Source: an uncultured Elusimicrobia bacterium
GTDB taxonomy: Bacteria > Elusimicrobiota > Elusimicrobia > UBA1565 > UBA9628
Direction of reading: 5' to 3'
NCBI GenBank assembly: GCA_903881545.1
Contig: CAIRTQ010000048.1
Location: 25,914-89,913 of the forward strand
DNA: 64,000 bases
The notes under the pieces were generated by a model. That model saw only the letters and a program-made list of their open reading frames with translations. It ran no database searches and had not been told where the DNA came from. The stretch's first letter is position 1, and each line of letters opens with the position of its first letter. A program made the position numbers and the translations under genes. Of the stretch, positions 8,155 through 17,699 are shown one piece after another.

Positions 8155-9580
8155 GAAAACCTTCAAGGTCGAACTTCTCTCAGGCGCGGTCGTCACCGCC
8201 GATTCGGCCACGGCGGGCGGACACCGCGGACTTGATTTTCTCCCCGGCTCCGTGTTCCTCGGCGCCGCCGCGGCCCAGGCCCAGCGGGAAGGAGTGTTTC
8301 AGGCCGGATTCTTCCTTTCCGGAGAGGTCCGGTTCCTTGATGCCCTGCCTGACGTCGGAAGCAATCCTTCCTTCCCTATACCCCTGTCCTTCCATCGCGG
8401 GAAGGGCGCGGACTGGGAGGGAAAAACTCCGTGCAATCTGGTCTATGAGGAGCCCCCTGAGGGTGTGCAGGTCCAGCAATGGCGCAGCGGCTACATGAGC
8501 GAGGACGGGCAGGTCCTGCAGGTCGTCCTCGACCACCGCATGAAGACCGCCGTAGACCGCGAGCAGAGGCGCAGCGCGGTGGGACAGCTCTTCGGCTATC
8601 AATCTATTCCCTCCGGCACGGTCCTGCGCATGCGCGTCCAGGTGGAAAAGGCGGAAAACCTCGCCCGGGTTTCAGGATGGTTCGACGGCCACACCATCAG
8701 GGTCGGGAGGTCGCGCTCCGCGGAATACGGGACGGCGCGGCTGACGGCCTTGTCCTCCGGTCCCGAATCTCAGCCTGGCAACGGCGGGGAGCGCCTCGTC
8801 TTGTATCTGGTCTCAGACCTCGCCCTGCTGCGCGATGGGATGCCCTCGCTGCTGCCCGAGGCCAAGGACTTCGGCATCCCCGAAAACGCTGGGTTCGACT
8901 CGGGGAACAGCTTCCTCAGGGCCAGGCGCTATTCCCCCTGGAATTCGTTCTTCAACTGCCGCATGGGTGAGAGGCTGGTGCTTTGCAGGGGCGGCGTCAT
9001 CGCTTTCCAGTTGCCCAAAGGCACTGCCTGCGACCGCGCCGCCCTGCAGAAGCGGCTCGCCTCGGGTGTAGGCCTGAATCGCGAAGAGGGCCTCGGGCAA
9101 CTACTCGTCGACCCGCCATGGCTCCTGAAACCTCCCGTGCTGACCCGTTATCAAGCGAAGGAGCCTCCGGCGCAGGGTATGCCGAAGACGCTGCTTACTG
9201 ATTACCTGAAACGCAAGCACCAGCGGCGCCAGACGTCTTTCGAAGCCTTCAAGACCGGATTGGAGTGGGCGCAGGAGTGGGGCAGGCTGGCTAAACGCGT
9301 GCGGGACGAGCACGGCAAGGCTCCGGGCAAGTCGCAATGGGCCGGCGTGCGCGAGATCGCGGTGCGTTGCCAGACGCAGCCCAACAGCTTGAGCCAGCAG
9401 ATCGAGCAGTTCTGCGGAGAGGCCCTGCGCAGGAAGCTTTGGCAGGCGAAAGCGGGCCGGGGCGGTTCCCTGCTCGACGCGGTGAAGGGAAAGGTGGGCC
9501 TCTCGCCGACGGGAAAGGAATGCCTCGCCCTCTACCACGCCGCCGTGGAGATGGGCCGGCTCATCGGGAGGGGTTCATGA
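8147..9580 (+). CDS. Cas5-group RAMP (Csx10/Cmr3/Csm4-like)
   Basis: N-terminal FKVELLSGAVVTADSATAGGHRGLDFLPGSVFLGAAAA is the typical Cas5-family pattern. Coupled in the operon (stop overlaps the next start). Confidence 0.5.
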   Translation: MLEKTFKVELLSGAVVTADSATAGGHRGLDFLPGSVFLGAAAAQAQREGVFQAGFFLSGEVRFLDALPDVGSNPSFPIPLSFHRGKGADWEGKTPCNLVYEEPPEGVQVQQWRSGYMSEDGQVLQVVLDHRMKTAVDREQRRSAVGQLFGYQSIPSGTVLRMRVQVEKAENLARVSGWFDGHTIRVGRSRSAEYGTARLTALSSGPESQPGNGGERLVLYLVSDLALLRDGMPSLLPEAKDFGIPENAGFDSGNSFLRARRYSPWNSFFNCRMGERLVLCRGGVIAFQLPKGTACDRAALQKRLASGVGLNREEGLGQLLVDPPWLLKPPVLTRYQAKEPPAQGMPKTLLTDYLKRKHQRRQTSFEAFKTGLEWAQEWGRLAKRVRDEHGKAPGKSQWAGVREIAVRCQTQPNSLSQQIEQFCGEALRRKLWQAKAGRGGSLLDAVKGKVGLSPTGKECLALYHAAVEMGRLIGRGS

Positions 9581-10959
9581 AAACGCATCGCTTCGTGGCG
9601 CGGGCGGTCGTCGAATTCACGACGCCGTTCATCGTGGGCGCTTCCCGGGGCGGCGATATCGCTGACGCGGTCTGCGTGACCGACGCCAACGGCCTGCCCG
9701 CCATCCCCGGTTCGAGTCTGGCCGGCGCTCTGCGCGCAGCCTTCCGGCGCGCGGCCGGGCAGGAGGCCGAGAAATCCATCTTCGGCTATCAGGAGAATGA
9801 CGACGGCCGGGGTTCGAGGCTGACCGTGTCGTGGGCCTGCATCCATGACTCGAAGGACGTGCCGGTCGAGGGCATCGCGGCCCCAGAGAGGCTCGCCGAC
9901 GCCGTGCTGGCCAAGGCCATGTGCCCGGCTGTTCGGGACCATGTGCGCATCAGCCACAAGGGTGCCTCGGACAGTGCGGAGCGCGGCAAATTCGACGAGC
10001 AGGCGGTCTGCGCCGGGCACCGGTTCAGCTTCGAGCTCGAGCTGGCCGGCGGCCCAGAGGACGCGACGGCCTGGAAGACGCTCCTTGGACTGCTGAGCGG
10101 AGGCTCCCTGCGGCTCGGCGGCAAGACCCGCCGCGGCTTCGGCGCATTCAAGCTGGTCAGCCTCAGCCTGCGCGACCGCGCTTTCGACCTGCGCAAGGAG
10201 GCCGACTTCTCGGCTTACCGGAAGCATCCCGTGTCCCTAAAAGAGAAGGACAGCCTGCCGTTGACCAAACTGGAGGGAGAAGCCGGCCGGGGCGGCATGC
10301 TGACCGTGCTCCTGGAGCTCACACCCCGGGGCTTCTGGATGTTCGGCGGAGGGCATGACCTCCCTGAAAGCAAGGGAGATGCGGATATGGCTCCGGTGCG
10401 GGATTGCCGCATAGCGTGGGAGGGCGGGAAAGGTGCGGTCGAGGAGGACCTGATTCTCATCCCGGCCGCCTCAATCAAAGGCGCCCTCTCCCACCGCGTC
10501 GCCTTCCATTACAACGCTCTGACCGGGAGGTTCTGCGACAAGGAAAGGCCGGAAGACATCTGCGGCGAGAACAACGGCGCGGTTAAGGCGCTGTTCGGCT
10601 TCGTCAAGGACCAGTCCGGCGGCAGGCGGGGGCGGGTCTTGATCGACGATATCCTGCTCAAGAAGACGGTGGCGGACCAGCTTGTCCACCATGTGGGCAT
10701 CGACCGCTACACCGGCGGGGCCCGTGACCAGGCGCTCTTCTGCGAGCGCCCCCTCTGGGGAGAGAAGCTGGGTATCGCGATCCATGTCAGCGAACCCGAG
10801 GACTTCAAGGACGACGCGGTCAAGAAGGCCTTCGCCCTGGCCTTGGATGACCTCGCCCAGGGACGCCTCCAGCTCGGGGCGGGCTCCGGGCGGGGGGAGG
10901 GCTATTTCGAGGGCAAGGTGGTCTGGCCGAAGGACGCCCGCTGGGGAGGGAAGATATGA
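9577..10959 (+). CDS. Tandem-duplicated Cas7 RAMP (Cas7x2 fusion)
   Basis: Two RAMP cores, each with its own G-rich loop: LPAIPGSSLAGALRAAF then GKTRRGFGAFKL, and ILIPAASIKGALSHRVAFHY then LGAGSGRGEGYFEG. The ATG at 9577 overlaps the upstream stop. Confidence 0.55.
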   Translation: MKTHRFVARAVVEFTTPFIVGASRGGDIADAVCVTDANGLPAIPGSSLAGALRAAFRRAAGQEAEKSIFGYQENDDGRGSRLTVSWACIHDSKDVPVEGIAAPERLADAVLAKAMCPAVRDHVRISHKGASDSAERGKFDEQAVCAGHRFSFELELAGGPEDATAWKTLLGLLSGGSLRLGGKTRRGFGAFKLVSLSLRDRAFDLRKEADFSAYRKHPVSLKEKDSLPLTKLEGEAGRGGMLTVLLELTPRGFWMFGGGHDLPESKGDADMAPVRDCRIAWEGGKGAVEEDLILIPAASIKGALSHRVAFHYNALTGRFCDKERPEDICGENNGAVKALFGFVKDQSGGRRGRVLIDDILLKKTVADQLVHHVGIDRYTGGARDQALFCERPLWGEKLGIAIHVSEPEDFKDDAVKKAFALALDDLAQGRLQLGAGSGRGEGYFEGKVVWPKDARWGGKI

Positions 10960-11423
10960 GTGTCGTCGAACTGCTGGGCAAAGTCGGTTTGAACAAGGAG
11001 GTCGCGGTCTCGATCGGTGGGCTTAAGCGCCACAGCGAGATCGTCAAGACCGCGCAGGATGTCCTGGTCAGGTTTGCCGGATTCGGGGGGGAGGGGTGGC
11101 TCTGTGCCACGGACTCCAAGGAGATCCGGCGCTTTTCACCTGCGGCGCCTCTGCCCGAGCTCAAGGACTGCTGGCCCTTGTGCGCCGAGGCGGTTAAAGG
11201 AGATGAGAGCCTGCATCTTGCGCGCGGCGCCGAGGGATGGATCTTGACCACGCTGCGCCGCGCACTGGGCGAAGATGGGGTTCTTGTGGCTTCGTCCCTC
11301 ATGGCCAAGGACGGCAAGGGCTGGCTCTGCTACGAGACAGCCTGGGAGTCGACCACTGCGGCCGGCCAACGGGAACTGCGGCCGGCGGTTTTCCGGTTTA
11401 CGGGATTTAAGGCGGAGAGGTAA
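10956..11423 (+). CDS. Small effector-operon protein (possibly Csx19 or small-subunit-like; unassigned)
   Basis: 155-aa ORF coupled to both neighbours. No recognisable motifs. Confidence 0.3.
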   Translation: MSVVELLGKVGLNKEVAVSIGGLKRHSEIVKTAQDVLVRFAGFGGEGWLCATDSKEIRRFSPAAPLPELKDCWPLCAEAVKGDESLHLARGAEGWILTTLRRALGEDGVLVASSLMAKDGKGWLCYETAWESTTAAGQRELRPAVFRFTGFKAER

Positions 11424-11426
11424 TCT

Positions 11427-13565
11427 ATGGCTAACGGGTTCAATATGCACGGCGGGCGGCAGGGCGGCGGCGGAAGGCCGTTGAATGGGCCGCAGGGACG
11501 CGGCGGTGGCAATACGCCGATTCCGTCGCCATATAATTTCGTGCCTCTCGCGGACAAGGTCTTCTTCCCGGATTGGGCCGGGCAGGTGTCGATGGACGCG
11601 CCTTTCTCAGACGGCATCAGCGGGCATTTTGACATCAAGGTGACGGCGAAGACACCGGTCTACATCCGCAGCGGCGGAGTGCATCCTGAAAAGCACGAAG
11701 ATCGGCTCAAGGATGCCGGCTACAAGTCCTTCTTTAGGACGCCGGACGGGAAGTACGCCATCCCGGGGACTTCCCTCAAGGGGATGCTCAGGGCGGTGGT
11801 CGAGATCGCATCGTTCGGCAAGATCATCGGGGGGAAATCGGCCCCGCGCGTGGACGACCACCGCTATGCGATGCGGGACCTGAACAACAACAGCTACCGC
11901 GAGCAGTTTACCGAGAACATGGACCCGAAGGTGAAGGCGGCGTGGCTGAGCGCCGATGAGAATGGGGATTGGCAGCTGGCCCTGTGTGATTTCGCCCGCC
12001 CGGAGCAGGAAGACTTGGAGAGGCATTTCGGGCTAGAGAAATTCTCACTGGGAAAGCGTGACCCATCGTCGCCGCAAGATAAATACCAGGCTATCTCGCG
12101 GGAAAACGGTTCTTTGGAGGCATTGAAGTTCGATCGCGGGCCTAGAGACGGATTGGGCAGGAATCCGGCCGTCAATCTCGGAAAGGGGAAGCTTGAGGGG
12201 ACGCTGGTGCTCACCGGACAGCCCATGCCGCGTGACCCGAACAAGACTAGGCGCAAGCACATGGAGTTCGTTTTCTATGGTAAAGAACGGGAATCTGTTC
12301 CCGTTTCGCCTCAACTGAAAGAAGAATTCCAGTTCGTCCATTCCGAGCTGGGTCAGAATCGGAAATTCAACCCGCAATGGACTTACTGGAAGAGCAAGTT
12401 GGATGCCGGCAAGCGCGTGCCGGTCTTCGTCCTTCTGGATGGGCAAGAGAAGATCTCGTCCATGGGGCTGGCCATGATGTACCGCCTTCCGTACAAGTAT
12501 TCCATCCATGAAATGATTGGTCACAGTTTGGAGGAACACAAGAATGCTGAGAGGCTAGACCTGGCTGAGCTGATCTTTGGCCGCGTGGAAGACAAGGACG
12601 CCCTGCGCGGCCGGGTTTGCGTCGAGACCCTGGCCGCCGAAGGCGACCCCAAACCGATGACCGAGGTCAAGACGGTGCTCAGCGGCCCCAAGCCGACCTA
12701 CTATCCCAACTACGTCGAGCAGGATGCCGGTCCTGATGGGGCGTTGCGGGGCGAATACAAGACCTTCATGCATGACGACGCCAAGATCCGCGGCTGGAAG
12801 CGGTACATTGTCAGAAAGGATTCGGAGGACATTCCGAGGTTTGACACGTCGCCCACTGAATCCGTCGCCACCGCGTTCAATCCCCTCCCGGCTGGGACCA
12901 GCTTCACTGGGCGCGTGCATATCCACAACATGAGGCCGCAGGAACTGGGCGCCTTGGTCTGGGCCATGACATGGGGCGGGGACAACAATCTGCGTCACAG
13001 CCTGGGCATGGGAAAGCCATATGGATTCGGCTCTGTGACCGTCGAAATCTCCGGCTATTCTTTGGCATGGTGCGATCCGCTCAAGAGGGATGACATCGAC
13101 ACGGAGGGCATGGGTAAGGAATTCGAGGCGCTCATGCAGAAGGCCGTGCCCTGCTGGCCGGATTCCCCGCAGATCAAGGCGCTCAAGGCCATGGCAAATC
13201 CCGAGACACATTGGCCGCAGGAACTCCGCTATCCGCGCCTTGATAATAATGGGAATAATGAATTCGCCACATTCAAGGGCGCCGGCCTTGCGCCCAAGCG
13301 GGTGCTCGTGCACCCGCCGGGCGGCTCTGTTCCTGCGCCGGCGGTTGCGCCCGGACAAAAGTTCTCTGCAGGTCAAAAGGTGCGCGTCAAGAGTGTGGAA
13401 GATCCAAGGGGGAAGGGGCGCCCTTGGTTTGAAGCCCCCGACGGGGACCAGGGCACCGTTGTCGGCGGCAACGCGCCGGTGGTTGCCATCGGCGAGTATT
13501 GCGAGCTGGAGATTGCATCCTGCAACTCGCCAAAAGGATATAACTTCCGCGTGCCGAGGCGTTAG
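11427..13565 (+). CDS. Large Cas7-family RAMP with a Gly/Arg-rich N-tail and a C-terminal extension
   Basis: PYNFVPL and YAIPGTSLKGMLRAVVEI (RAMP core), plus the G-rich loop GMGKPYGFGSVTVEI. 712 aa. The N-terminus carries GGRQGGGGRPLNGPQGRGGG and there is an extra C-terminal ~120-aa domain. Confidence 0.6.
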   Translation: MANGFNMHGGRQGGGGRPLNGPQGRGGGNTPIPSPYNFVPLADKVFFPDWAGQVSMDAPFSDGISGHFDIKVTAKTPVYIRSGGVHPEKHEDRLKDAGYKSFFRTPDGKYAIPGTSLKGMLRAVVEIASFGKIIGGKSAPRVDDHRYAMRDLNNNSYREQFTENMDPKVKAAWLSADENGDWQLALCDFARPEQEDLERHFGLEKFSLGKRDPSSPQDKYQAISRENGSLEALKFDRGPRDGLGRNPAVNLGKGKLEGTLVLTGQPMPRDPNKTRRKHMEFVFYGKERESVPVSPQLKEEFQFVHSELGQNRKFNPQWTYWKSKLDAGKRVPVFVLLDGQEKISSMGLAMMYRLPYKYSIHEMIGHSLEEHKNAERLDLAELIFGRVEDKDALRGRVCVETLAAEGDPKPMTEVKTVLSGPKPTYYPNYVEQDAGPDGALRGEYKTFMHDDAKIRGWKRYIVRKDSEDIPRFDTSPTESVATAFNPLPAGTSFTGRVHIHNMRPQELGALVWAMTWGGDNNLRHSLGMGKPYGFGSVTVEISGYSLAWCDPLKRDDIDTEGMGKEFEALMQKAVPCWPDSPQIKALKAMANPETHWPQELRYPRLDNNGNNEFATFKGAGLAPKRVLVHPPGGSVPAPAVAPGQKFSAGQKVRVKSVEDPRGKGRPWFEAPDGDQGTVVGGNAPVVAIGEYCELEIASCNSPKGYNFRVPRR

Positions 13566-13567
13566 GT

Positions 13568-14974
13568 ATGGGTTTCCCGCTGTCCGACGGGCAGGTCCTT
13601 AGGTGGCTCACGGGAAAGGGTGACGGTGCTTTTCATGGAGAGATGGCGCAGCGCCGTCTGTGCGCGTTCATCCTTTTCGACCCCCAGCTCGATCCCGACT
13701 TCCTGCGCGGACTCGAATGGGATTTCCGGGAAATGGATCGGCGTACCGGGCGGCATTTCCTCTTCTTCGCCGTCTGCCAGCCGCGACATGAGGAAGATCT
13801 TTCCTTGGCTCGGTATTTTTCAGGGCCCCTGCGGGCGCGTAGGGACCGCTTCTTGAACATGTCTAGCATCCGCACGCTGAACTTCGCGGCGGCGGCCGAG
13901 CTGGGCGTTCCCATGCAAGAACTGCCGTGCATTGTCGTGGCGGAGAGCCTCCTGGCGCGGCATTGCTGGGCTTGCGGGACCGATTCCGGACGACTCATGC
14001 AGCAGATCCTGGAGCTCGATGCGATGGCGGAACACCTGCATTCCGGAGGAGAGCGGGGCGGCTCCCTACAGCTAGTCCTCCGATTGGGCTGCGACGGAAG
14101 TCCTTGGATAAGGCTCCCAGAGGGCCCGCGGAACATTGCGGCCCGCCTTCTTCATTGCTGGAGACTGCTGGAGGATGATGACTATCAGGCGCGATGGCGG
14201 AGAAACCTGCAGTCGGACCTGGCGCAGGCGCGCCGGAACGATTCCCGGGATGCCTCTGATGAGGATGAGGGGATTTCTGAACGGATTTCGAACCTGGGCG
14301 CCCGCATGGCGGCCTGCGCCGCATCGGGCCGGGACTTGGCCGAAGCCCCCGAGTTCGCCGGCGCGGGGCAGCTCGAGCGCGGCGCCGCCATGAACCTGCG
14401 CGCCGCGCGGCTCTGTCTCGATGCCCTTTCCGACGCCGGGATGCAGGAGGATTTTTCAGCCGCGGCGATATGCGCTGGGAAGGCCTTCGAGATAGAGGCG
14501 CGGGCCTCCATGGCGCAATGGATCCGGTCCCGCCACGACATCGGCATGCCTGATTACTTCTGTCGCTGGAAGCCCGGGACGCCGGCCGTGGAGGTCCTGC
14601 CGCCCGCCGGCGGCCGGCACCGCGAGGAGCGTGTGGATTTCAACAAGGCCTTCAACCGCCGATGGTCCGCGCCCACCGTCAACCGCATCAGGGAGGCTTT
14701 TTTCCGCCGTGATGAGAACAATGATACGGCGAAGGAGCTGCGGGAATTCTCTCGGGATGCCCGCGCCGCCTGGAACGTGGGATTGCATGAATTGCTCCGT
14801 CTGCGCAACACCGGCGCCCATGAGCGCGAGTTGAGCCGCGAGGAAGGGGATCAAGCCCTGGCGGTCTCCGGCCGCCTCCTTTTGGATCCGGTTTTTGGCG
14901 GACTGCTGAGGATGAAGTCGAACCTGCGGGGACAGCAAGGCCGCATGAACCAGCCGATTGGCGGGGGGGATTGA
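13568..14974 (+). CDS. HEPN-motif protein (Csm6/Csx1-like C-terminal R-x4-H); N-terminal domain unassigned
   Basis: C-terminal WNVGLHELLRLRNTGAHERELS contains an R-N-xxx-H HEPN-type motif. Stop overlaps the start of the CARF gene. Confidence 0.45.
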   Translation: MGFPLSDGQVLRWLTGKGDGAFHGEMAQRRLCAFILFDPQLDPDFLRGLEWDFREMDRRTGRHFLFFAVCQPRHEEDLSLARYFSGPLRARRDRFLNMSSIRTLNFAAAAELGVPMQELPCIVVAESLLARHCWACGTDSGRLMQQILELDAMAEHLHSGGERGGSLQLVLRLGCDGSPWIRLPEGPRNIAARLLHCWRLLEDDDYQARWRRNLQSDLAQARRNDSRDASDEDEGISERISNLGARMAACAASGRDLAEAPEFAGAGQLERGAAMNLRAARLCLDALSDAGMQEDFSAAAICAGKAFEIEARASMAQWIRSRHDIGMPDYFCRWKPGTPAVEVLPPAGGRHREERVDFNKAFNRRWSAPTVNRIREAFFRRDENNDTAKELREFSRDARAAWNVGLHELLRLRNTGAHERELSREEGDQALAVSGRLLLDPVFGGLLRMKSNLRGQQGRMNQPIGGGD

Positions 14975-15900
14975 TGGGAGTCTGGCATCTCAGCGGCCTG
15001 GGCTTTAGCCCGGGGGCGGTGACCGCGCCGCTGACCAACGTCTATATCGCGGTCGAATGTGCGCGCCGCGGCGACCCTCTGGCCAAAGCTCTGCTGGCTT
15101 GTTCCGGCGAACCTGACAATGCGCAGGAGATCAAGGGCCTCCCGGAAGCTCTGATCTTCTTCACTTCCCCGGAGGTGGCGTCGGGCGCTCTGGCCCCTTC
15201 CAGCTACAGAGACCGCTGGTTCAATACGCAATTCCGGGTCAGCGTCCCGGCCACCATCCTGGCTTATCTTGAAAAGCTCTGCGCAAAGACCGGGCTCAGG
15301 ATGCCGAAGTACATATATGCGGTGAAGACGGATGTCTTCGATTTTCAGGCCTGCTTCAAGCTCGTCTATCTCACCATGCGGGCTTTGACCGACAAGGAAC
15401 TCTGGGTCAACATGACCCCGGGGACCAACTCGTGCAATGCGGCGCTCCTGGCCTGCGCCGGCCTTCAGACGGACGTCGCCCGCTTGTATTATTCAACGAG
15501 CAATCCTCCCGATTTGGCGCATCCGGATGCGGCCCCGCCGAACTGGGGGGACCTGTCGGCCTATCGCCCGCCGCCGACCCCGTGGCACGAATTCCCATTC
15601 TTCAGCATGGGTATGAGCCAGCTGTTTCAAGAGCTACAGAAACGCTTCGCCGCCGGCCAGAGTCTGCATCACAATGAACTGAGTCCCATCATGGAGGGTT
15701 GCGGTTTCGGCGAAAGGATGCTTCCGAAGCTCGCTTCCAGGGATGGGCTTCTTCATTCCGAACCGGGGGACCGATTCTCGCGGGGCCCGGCGTTCTCCGT
15801 GTGGGAGGGCCTCATGACGCTTCCTGATGGCGCCCCCACGGACTTTAGCGCCTGGCGGCGATGGATTGGAGACCGTGCTATCATCTTGCGCCATGAATAG
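14971..15900 (+). CDS. CARF-domain protein (Csx1/Csm6-like sensor, 309 aa)
   Basis: WHLSGLGFSPGAVTAPL matches the CARF N-terminal GxSPG motif. WVNMTPGTNSCNAALLACAG matches the CARF TxGT(K/N)-type ligand-binding motif. A possible Rx5H lies at the extreme C-terminus (RAIILRH). Confidence 0.6.
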   Translation: MMGVWHLSGLGFSPGAVTAPLTNVYIAVECARRGDPLAKALLACSGEPDNAQEIKGLPEALIFFTSPEVASGALAPSSYRDRWFNTQFRVSVPATILAYLEKLCAKTGLRMPKYIYAVKTDVFDFQACFKLVYLTMRALTDKELWVNMTPGTNSCNAALLACAGLQTDVARLYYSTSNPPDLAHPDAAPPNWGDLSAYRPPPTPWHEFPFFSMGMSQLFQELQKRFAAGQSLHHNELSPIMEGCGFGERMLPKLASRDGLLHSEPGDRFSRGPAFSVWEGLMTLPDGAPTDFSAWRRWIGDRAIILRHE

Positions 15901-16681
15901 GATGGGCGGTCGAACGAACGCGCCCGTCATCCCGGCAGCCGAGCGGCAGGTCTTCCTGCGCGCCCTCGAAAACGGGGCCGTGAGCGACTCGTCCGGCGAA
16001 CTGATCCACGGCGCCTTCTTCGCGGCGCTCGCAAGCCGCGACGCCGGGCTGGCAAGGGAGGTCCACGACGGGCCGGTCAAGCCGTTCACCCTGAGCGTGC
16101 TCCAGGCTCCCGAGGGCAGGCCGGCGGAGCGCATCCTCGCTGGCGGCGAATATTGGTTTCGCTTCACGGCCATGGGCCCGAGGGCGGCGTCCTTGTGCCT
16201 GGCCTGGGAGGGGGGGCAGGCCTTGCGCATCGGCCGGATTCGGTTTGCCATAGGCGAGGTCCGGCATCCGGCGGAGGAAGCCGAGGTCCGGGCATCCGGC
16301 GCCTTTGAGATAGAATTCCTTTCCCCGGCCGCGTTCAAATGCGGTGACAGCCACCTTCCCCTGCCCGAGCCGGGCCTGCTCTGGGATGGGCTCGACCGCA
16401 AATGGGCCCTGGCCTCGGGGTCGCCTGGGGAAATGATTTCGGCTGACGCATGGCGGCGGGTGGTGCGCCTGCGGGAGCATGAGCTGCGCACCGTGGCTTT
16501 CCGCCTGCGCGATTGCATCATCCCGGGCTTCGTGGGGCGGGCGGTCTTCGAGACCGACAAGCGGGCGCCCGCGGACCTGCGCTCACGCGCCGCGCGCCTG
16601 GCCGCCTTCGCCCGTATCGCGGGCGTCGGGGTCAAGACCACGGTCGGCATGGGCCAGGTCCGTACGCGCTTGCTTCCGTAG
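15893..16681 (+). CDS. cas6: Cas6 endoribonuclease
   Basis: C-terminal G-rich loop ARIAGVGVKTTVGMGQV. Sits between the effector genes and cas1. The ATG overlaps the upstream stop. Confidence 0.7.
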   Translation: MNRMGGRTNAPVIPAAERQVFLRALENGAVSDSSGELIHGAFFAALASRDAGLAREVHDGPVKPFTLSVLQAPEGRPAERILAGGEYWFRFTAMGPRAASLCLAWEGGQALRIGRIRFAIGEVRHPAEEAEVRASGAFEIEFLSPAAFKCGDSHLPLPEPGLLWDGLDRKWALASGSPGEMISADAWRRVVRLREHELRTVAFRLRDCIIPGFVGRAVFETDKRAPADLRSRAARLAAFARIAGVGVKTTVGMGQVRTRLLP

Positions 16682-16727
16682 ACCCCATTCCGCACTGCAA
16701 CCTCGCGCAGTCCGTGCGCGTTATTTC

Positions 16728-17699
16728 ATGGGGACCATGCCAGCTCTCTACATCCTGGACCAGGGCGCCGCGTTGGGCAAGGAATCCGAGCGCATCGTGG
16801 TGCGCAAGGAGGGCGCCGTCATCGCCGAATTCCCACTGGCCAGGATAGAGAAGGTCCTGCTCTTCGGGGCCGTGCAGGTTTCCACCCAGGCCATCGGCGC
16901 TCTCCTGGAGGCGCGCATCCCCACGGCGTTCTGCAATTACGGCGGCCGCCTGCGCGGCGTGCTGACGCCGGTGGGGGGCAAGAACGTGTTCCTGCGCGTC
17001 TGCCAGGTCCGAAGGCTGGATGATGCGCCCTTCCGGCTGGCCGCGGCCAGGGAGAGCGTCCTGGCGAAGCTCCGCGGCCAGCGCTCCTTCCTGGCGCGGT
17101 CCGAGCGCAACGAGCCCGGCGGCCGCGAGGCGGCCCTGGCCGAGCTCGCGCGGCTGCTCGCGGACGCTGCCGGGGCCGGGGGGATCGGGGTCCTGCGGGG
17201 CGTGGAGGGGCGCGCCGCGGCGGTCTATTTCCGGCAGTTCCCGGGCATGCTGAAATCGGATTGGGGGTTCCCCGGCCGCCGCCGCAGGCCGCCCACGGAT
17301 CCGGCCAACTGCCTTCTTTCGTTCGGTTACGCGGTGCTGACCAACGACGCGGCCTCCCTGCTGGCGGGGTATGCGCTGGACCCGTGCATCGGTTATCTGC
17401 ACGAACTGGACTACGGCAGGCCCTCGCTGGCCCTGGACCTCATCGAGGAGTTCCGCGTCCCGGTGGTGGACCGTACCGTGGTGCGGTTCCTGAACCTGAA
17501 CATGGCGGGAAGGGATGATTTTGAGGTTTTTGAGGATGGGCTTCGCATGACGGATGCCTGTCGGAAGGCCTTTCTGTCCGAATACGAGCGCACTGTGCGG
17601 GATGGCAGACTGCGTGATGCGATGCGCAGACAGATCGAGGCGCTCTGCCAGGCGATATTGGAAGGCAGAGGCTATCATGCCCATCGCTGGGAAGCATGA
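16728..17699 (+). CDS. cas1: Cas1 integrase
   Basis: LYILDQGAALGKESERIVVR...IEKVLLFGAVQVSTQAIGALLEARIPTAF is the typical Cas1 N-terminus. Precedes cas2 and the array. Start chosen at the internal Met of the 16479 ORF. Confidence 0.85.
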   Translation: MGTMPALYILDQGAALGKESERIVVRKEGAVIAEFPLARIEKVLLFGAVQVSTQAIGALLEARIPTAFCNYGGRLRGVLTPVGGKNVFLRVCQVRRLDDAPFRLAAARESVLAKLRGQRSFLARSERNEPGGREAALAELARLLADAAGAGGIGVLRGVEGRAAAVYFRQFPGMLKSDWGFPGRRRRPPTDPANCLLSFGYAVLTNDAASLLAGYALDPCIGYLHELDYGRPSLALDLIEEFRVPVVDRTVVRFLNLNMAGRDDFEVFEDGLRMTDACRKAFLSEYERTVRDGRLRDAMRRQIEALCQAILEGRGYHAHRWEA

